DNA of 64,000 nucleotides from NCBI RefSeq assembly GCF_058153355.1, contig NZ_CM177019.1; one strand, 5' to 3'. Shown piece by piece: positions 55,745 to 64,000 of this stretch (position 1 is its first letter; each line of letters starts with the position of its first letter). The notes under the pieces were generated by a model. It saw only the letters and a program-made list of their open reading frames with translations, ran no database searches and was not told where the DNA came from. The position numbers and the translations under genes were made by a program.

Positions 55745-56317
55745 TTAATATTGCGTAGGAGCCGGAACTGCCGAAGACGGATTCACCTGGGTTGGTGAGG
55801 TCGAAGGTACGGTAGTCGTTGCGCCACCGCTGGCCTGAACCGGCACGGCGGTTTGCTGCACCGGCACTAATGTCAGGTCCGCTTTGGTCCCGCCCTGGTT
55901 GATCACCGGCTGAACGGTATCGGTGATAAATACCAGTTTGTCATTCACGGTAATCGCCGCACTCAACAGAATACGCGCGTTCGGCTGAACGTCTGCCGGG
56001 TTAAATGGCAGAACAAAGCTGAATGGTGACTGTTTACCTTCAGTACGCACCGCTTTTTGCGCCAGCACTTTTGACGGTGCATCGGCTAATGATGCGTCAG
56101 AAAGTGTCACGGTCAGCACGGCATCAGGCGGCAGTGCGACTTTCTGACGGATCCAGACGGTACCGGAAACATTCGGTTGCTGGATAGCAGGTTGCTGTGT
56201 TGCTGAAATAGACGTATTTGCAGCCGGTGCTGGCGTCTGAATATCCGCGCTTTTATCTGCGCAAGCCGCCAACGCAATCGCAACCGCTAAACCACTGGCC
56301 ATGTGCACGAGTTTCAT
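55745..56317 (-). CDS. ybaY: Lipoprotein YbaY
   Basis: 190-aa ORF with lipobox (LAAC) and a Pro/Thr/Gln-rich tail. Confidence 0.92.
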   Translation of the reverse strand: MKLVHMASGLAVAIALAACADKSADIQTPAPAANTSISATQQPAIQQPNVSGTVWIRQKVALPPDAVLTVTLSDASLADAPSKVLAQKAVRTEGKQSPFSFVLPFNPADVQPNARILLSAAITVNDKLVFITDTVQPVINQGGTKADLTLVPVQQTAVPVQASGGATTTVPSTSPTQVNPSSAVPAPTQY

Positions 56318-56534
56318 TTACTTCTCCTTATTATCAATGCACCAGCGGGCTAACTTTCCTCGCCGGAAGAGTGGTTAACAAAATAGTAACGTCAACAAGT
56401 GTGGCACACATCACGCATTTCTGCCTGTAATTGGCTAGTAATTCAGACTATTGCACCCATCGGACCAGTGGCAAATTTGCGTTATACTCAACTCACTTTG
56501 GCTTGCTGCGGCAGCTTTGTTACTGGAGAGTTAT

Positions 56535-57395
56535 ATGAGTCAGGCGCTAAAAAATTTACTGACATTGTTAAATCTGGAAAAAATTGAGGAAGGACTCTTT
56601 CGCGGCCAGAGTGAAGATTTAGGTTTACGTCAGGTGTTTGGCGGCCAGGTCGTGGGTCAGGCCTTGTATGCTGCAAAAGAGACCGTCCCTGAAGAGCGGC
56701 TGGTACATTCGTTTCACAGCTACTTTCTTCGCCCAGGCGACAGTAAGAAGCCGATTATTTATGATGTCGAAACGTTGCGTGACGGTAACAGCTTCAGCGC
56801 CCGCCGGGTTGCTGCTATTCAAAACGGTAAACCGATTTTCTATATGACAGCCTCTTTCCAGGCTCCGGAAGCGGGTTTCGAACATCAAAAAGCTATGCCA
56901 CCCGCACCCGCACCTGATGGCCTGCCTTCAGAAACGCAAATCGCCCAATCGCTGGCGCACCTGCTGCCGCCAGTGCTGAAAGATAAATTCATCTGCGATC
57001 GTCCGCTGGAAGTCCGTCCGGTGGAGTTTCATAACCCACTGAAAGGGCATGTCGCAGAACCGCATCGTCAGGTATGGATCCGCGCAAATGGTAGCGTGCC
57101 GGATGATCTGCGCGTTCATCAGTATCTGCTCGGTTACGCTTCTGATCTTAACTTCCTGCCGGTAGCTTTACAGCCGCACGGCATCGGTTTTCTCGAACCA
57201 GGGATTCAGATAGCGACCATCGACCATTCCATGTGGTTCCATCGCCCGTTTAATTTGAATGAATGGCTGCTGTATAGCGTGGAGAGCACCTCGGCGTCCA
57301 GCGCACGCGGCTTTGTGCGCGGTGAGTTTTATACCCAGGACGGCGTGCTGGTTGCCTCGACCGTTCAGGAAGGGGTAATGCGTAATCACAATTAA
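56535..57395 (+). CDS. tesB: Acyl-CoA thioesterase II
   Basis: 286 aa from [26 protein letters not shown]; the ORF track extends 28 codons upstream. Confidence 0.96.
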   Translation: MSQALKNLLTLLNLEKIEEGLFRGQSEDLGLRQVFGGQVVGQALYAAKETVPEERLVHSFHSYFLRPGDSKKPIIYDVETLRDGNSFSARRVAAIQNGKPIFYMTASFQAPEAGFEHQKAMPPAPAPDGLPSETQIAQSLAHLLPPVLKDKFICDRPLEVRPVEFHNPLKGHVAEPHRQVWIRANGSVPDDLRVHQYLLGYASDLNFLPVALQPHGIGFLEPGIQIATIDHSMWFHRPFNLNEWLLYSVESTSASSARGFVRGEFYTQDGVLVASTVQEGVMRNHN

Positions 57396-57432
57396 AAAAA
57401 ACAGCCGGAGGTGAAAACCGTCCGGCTGTTTT
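57393..57432. terminator. Bidirectional rho-independent terminator between tesB and amtB
   Basis: aaaaaaaa-cagccggacgg...ccgtccggctg-tttttt: stem flanked by an A-run and a T-run. Confidence 0.65.
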
Positions 57433-57444
57433 TTGCAGTGCTTA

Positions 57445-58731
57445 TTACGCGTTATAGGCATTTTCGCCGTGGCTGTTGACGTCCAACCCTTCTCGCTCCT
57501 GTTCTTCCGGTACACGCAGACCAACCGTCAGATCCGCCAGTTTGTAGCCGATAAAAGCCACCACACCAGACCAGACAATCGTAATGGCGATGCTTTCCAG
57601 CTGTACCAGCAGCTGATGCCCCATCGTCACACCTTCAGCGAAGCCCACGCCGCCCAGCGAGCTGGCGGCAAAAATCCCGGTCATGATACAGCCGACAATG
57701 CCACAAACGCCGTGCACACCGAAAACATCGCAGGGATCATCCACCCGCAGCAAGCGTTTAAGCATGGTCACGCCCCACAAGCCCGCCAGACCAGCTACCA
57801 CGCCGATAATCAACGCGCCGCCAACACCAATGTAGCCACAGGCAGGCGTCACGCCGACCAGACCGGCAATCGCGCCTGAACACGCTCCCAGCAGTGAAGG
57901 CTTACCACGCAGCGCCCATTCACCGAAGATCCAGCCAAGAATTGCCGCCGCCGTTGCGACCACAGTATTCACAAATGCCAGTGCTGCGATTTCATTCGCC
58001 GTGCCCGCTGACCCGGCGTTAAAGCCAAACCAACCGATATAGAGAATGGCAGTACCGGTAAAGACCATCGGCAGGTTATGCGGTTTAAACGCCTCTTTGC
58101 CGAAGCCCACGCGTTTGCCAATTAGATATGCGCCCACCAGACCAGCAATTGCGGCGTTAATGTGCACCACCGTGCCACCCGCGAAATCCAGCGCACCGTG
58201 AGAAGCCAGCAAACCACCGCCCCAGACCATATGCGCAATCGGAATGTAAGAGAGCGTCAGCCATACCACCACGAAAATCAACACAGCTGAGAAGCGGATT
58301 CGTTCCGCCAGCGCTCCAACTATCAAGCCGACGGTAATGCAGGCAAACGATCCCTGAAACGCCACGTGGATATACTGATAAATGCTGCCCATCACCGCCG
58401 TCAGTTCGATGTTTTTCAGCATCAACCAGTTAATGTTACCGAAGAAGTTGTTGCCCTCACCAAACGCCAGCGAGTAACCGTAAACCACCCAGAGAATACA
58501 GACCAGTGCAAACGTCACCGTCACCTGCGTCAGCATCGACAGCACGTTTTTGCCGCGAATCAACCCACCGTAAAACAGGGCAATCCCCGGAATAGTCATA
58601 AACAGCACCAGCGCAGTACAAATCATCATAAACGCATTGTCAGCTTTATCGGCCACCGCAGGTGCAGCCATTACCAGTCCCGGCAGCATCGCCAGTGAAG
58701 CAAGCCCAGTTTTTATCGTCGCTATCTTCAT
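57445..58731 (-). CDS. amtB: Ammonium transporter AmtB
   Basis: 428-aa ORF with signal peptide and Amt family sequence. Confidence 0.97.
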   Translation of the reverse strand: MKIATIKTGLASLAMLPGLVMAAPAVADKADNAFMMICTALVLFMTIPGIALFYGGLIRGKNVLSMLTQVTVTFALVCILWVVYGYSLAFGEGNNFFGNINWLMLKNIELTAVMGSIYQYIHVAFQGSFACITVGLIVGALAERIRFSAVLIFVVVWLTLSYIPIAHMVWGGGLLASHGALDFAGGTVVHINAAIAGLVGAYLIGKRVGFGKEAFKPHNLPMVFTGTAILYIGWFGFNAGSAGTANEIAALAFVNTVVATAAAILGWIFGEWALRGKPSLLGACSGAIAGLVGVTPACGYIGVGGALIIGVVAGLAGLWGVTMLKRLLRVDDPCDVFGVHGVCGIVGCIMTGIFAASSLGGVGFAEGVTMGHQLLVQLESIAITIVWSGVVAFIGYKLADLTVGLRVPEEQEREGLDVNSHGENAYNA

Positions 58732-58760
58732 TTTTCGTTCCTGTTGCTGTGTGCCAGAGA

Positions 58761-59099
58761 TTACAGCGCCGCTTCGTCGGCTTCGCCGGTACGAATACGA
58801 ATGACGCGTTGCAATTCAGCGACGAAGATTTTGCCGTCGCCAATTTTTCCGGTGTAAGCCGCCTTGCTGACGATATCGATCACTTCATCGAGTTGGTCAT
58901 CAGCAATCGCCACATCAATTTTTACTTTTGGCAGAAAGTTGACGCTGTATTCCGCCCCCCGGTACAGCTCGGCATGCCCTTTCTGACGCCCGAAACCTTT
59001 CACTTCGGTGACGGTCAGGCCCTGAATACCAATGGAAGATAACGCTTCACGAACGTCTTCCAGCTTGAATGGTTTGATTATCACGGTCACCAGCTTCAT
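58761..59099 (-). CDS. glnK: Nitrogen regulatory protein PII-2 (GlnK)
   Basis: 112 aa from MKLVTVIIKPFKLEDVREAL; T-loop GRQKGHAELYRGAEY; the ORF track extends 46 codons upstream. Confidence 0.97.
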   Translation of the reverse strand: MKLVTVIIKPFKLEDVREALSSIGIQGLTVTEVKGFGRQKGHAELYRGAEYSVNFLPKVKIDVAIADDQLDEVIDIVSKAAYTGKIGDGKIFVAELQRVIRIRTGEADEAAL

Positions 59100-59279
59100 A
59101 GATCCCCTCCGGTCAGAATTCGGTAATGGTTCTGCTACACGAATAAGGTATTGCAAGCGGTGTGCCAGAAATGAAAAACGAGAAAGAGAGCAGGAAGTTA
59201 AGAAGATTGAAAACAAAAACGCACTATGACAGTGCACAGTACGTTACATTTTTGCACCAACGATGAAATATTGCGCTAT

Positions 59280-62826
<3,547 letters not shown>

Positions 62827-62855
62827 GCGTTGTGTCCTGACCTGATTCTGGATAT

Positions 62856-63314
62856 TTATTCGATGGGTAAAGAAGTGGTGTATTTAATCTGTTCCATCGC
62901 AAAGCTGGAAGTGACGTCCGACAGCCCCGGCACGCTGTTTACCAGACGCTTATAAAACTCGTCGTAGCGTTTCATATCGGCAACCTGGACGCGCATCAGA
63001 TAATCGTATTCCCCGGCCATGCGCCAGAACCCCAGCACTTCTGGCATTTCAGTAACCACCGTCACAAAGCGGCAATACCATTCGCTGCTGTGATGTTGCG
63101 TTTTTATCAGCACAAAGGCGGTCAGACCGAGGCCAATTTTTTCCGGGTCCAACAGGGCGACTTTGCCGATAAGGATACCGTCATCCTCCAACCGTTTCAG
63201 TCGCTTCCAGCAAGGCGTGGTTGTCAGATTAACGGCTTCAGCCAGTGCCTGCAAAGAGAGGGTGCAATCCTGCTGTAGTAAGGCCAGCAGCTTACGGTCA
63301 ATTTTATCTAACAT
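62856..63314 (-). CDS. decR: Lrp/AsnC-family transcriptional regulator DecR (YbaO)
   Basis: 152 aa from [16 protein letters not shown]; the ORF track extends 76 codons upstream. Confidence 0.93.
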
Positions 63315-63466
63315 AACCCTTCCACAGAGAATTTTTTTCTCTTTTAATTCTATTTTAAAGGTGAAATCGCGACAATTTATTCTGTGCGGTTTAAACATCA
63401 CGGCACAAAATGACAAATTCAACGCAAAAAAAACCGGGCAATTGCCCGGTGCTGGAAGGGATCTCG

Positions 63467-64000
63467 TTATTCGGGGGAATAAGGTAGATGTGGATAGTCC
63501 AGCCAGTGCGTCAAATAGTGAGAGACCGCCTGATTTCGGCAATGTCCAATCACCGGTAAATGCGGGAGCTCCGCGCGCAGTTGCGGCATCGCATTGCCCA
63601 TAATAAAGCCACTACCGACGCTGCCTAACATTTCGCGATCGTTCATCGCATCACCAAAGGCCATGCATTCGCGCAACGATAAACCTAAATGTTGGGTCAG
63701 CACCGTCAATGCAGCGCCTTTATTGCAGCCCACCGGGAGCACTTCGAGGCAATCCGTCGCGGAAAAACACAAATGTGCACGCTCGCCTAATGCTTCGTGT
63801 AGTTGGATCTGCAAGCGTGTAAGATCGTCGTGATCGCCACAGAAGCAGATCTTGGTGACGCTGCCGAGTGGCATTTTTTTAACATCGATTATCTGATAAC
63901 GAAAACCGCTATAGACAAATGCCTGCAACAACGCAGGGATCTCTTTTCCGGTAAACCAACCATCGTCATTGAAAATATGCATGCTAGCTCGGGTATCCCA
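63467..64000 (-). CDS. cof: HAD-family HMP-PP phosphatase Cof, C-terminal part (N-terminus beyond window end)
   Basis: In-frame ORF reaches the window edge; C-terminal HAD motif [10 protein letters not shown]; Cof sequence recall. Confidence 0.85.

Overview
The window reads as an Escherichia coli-type chromosomal segment, colinear (in reverse orientation) with the K-12 cof-to-ybaT region as I recall it. About 17-64 kb is ordinary core genome: 45 recognisable housekeeping genes (cof truncated at the right edge, decR, mdlAB, glnK-amtB, tesB, pdeB, hha-tomB, acrAB/acrR, mscK, dnaX-ybaB-recR, htpG, adk, hemH, gsk, ushA, copA, glsA-ybaT and others), ChiX sRNA, 4.5S RNA, REP/BIME clusters and the two classic recoding sites in dnaX and copA. 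The left 17.3 kb is not K-12-like: a type I secretion locus with a TolC-family outer-membrane gene followed by one giant Ig-repeat adhesin reading frame on the minus strand (start 15814, more than 5,270 codons in the window, running off the window start). Its N-terminus carries a retention-module-like domain with a T-A-A-G dialanine motif at codons 97-100, which suggests LapG/LapD-type regulated release; this is the most interesting hypothesis here. Two smaller differences from K-12 gene order (recalled, not searched): an AT-rich lipoprotein gene inserted between hemH and adk, and no ybaQ between copA and ybaP. No CRISPR, IS element, integrase or prophage genes were seen. Assignments rest on reading the supplied ORF translations and on hand translation at the sites described; no database search was possible.
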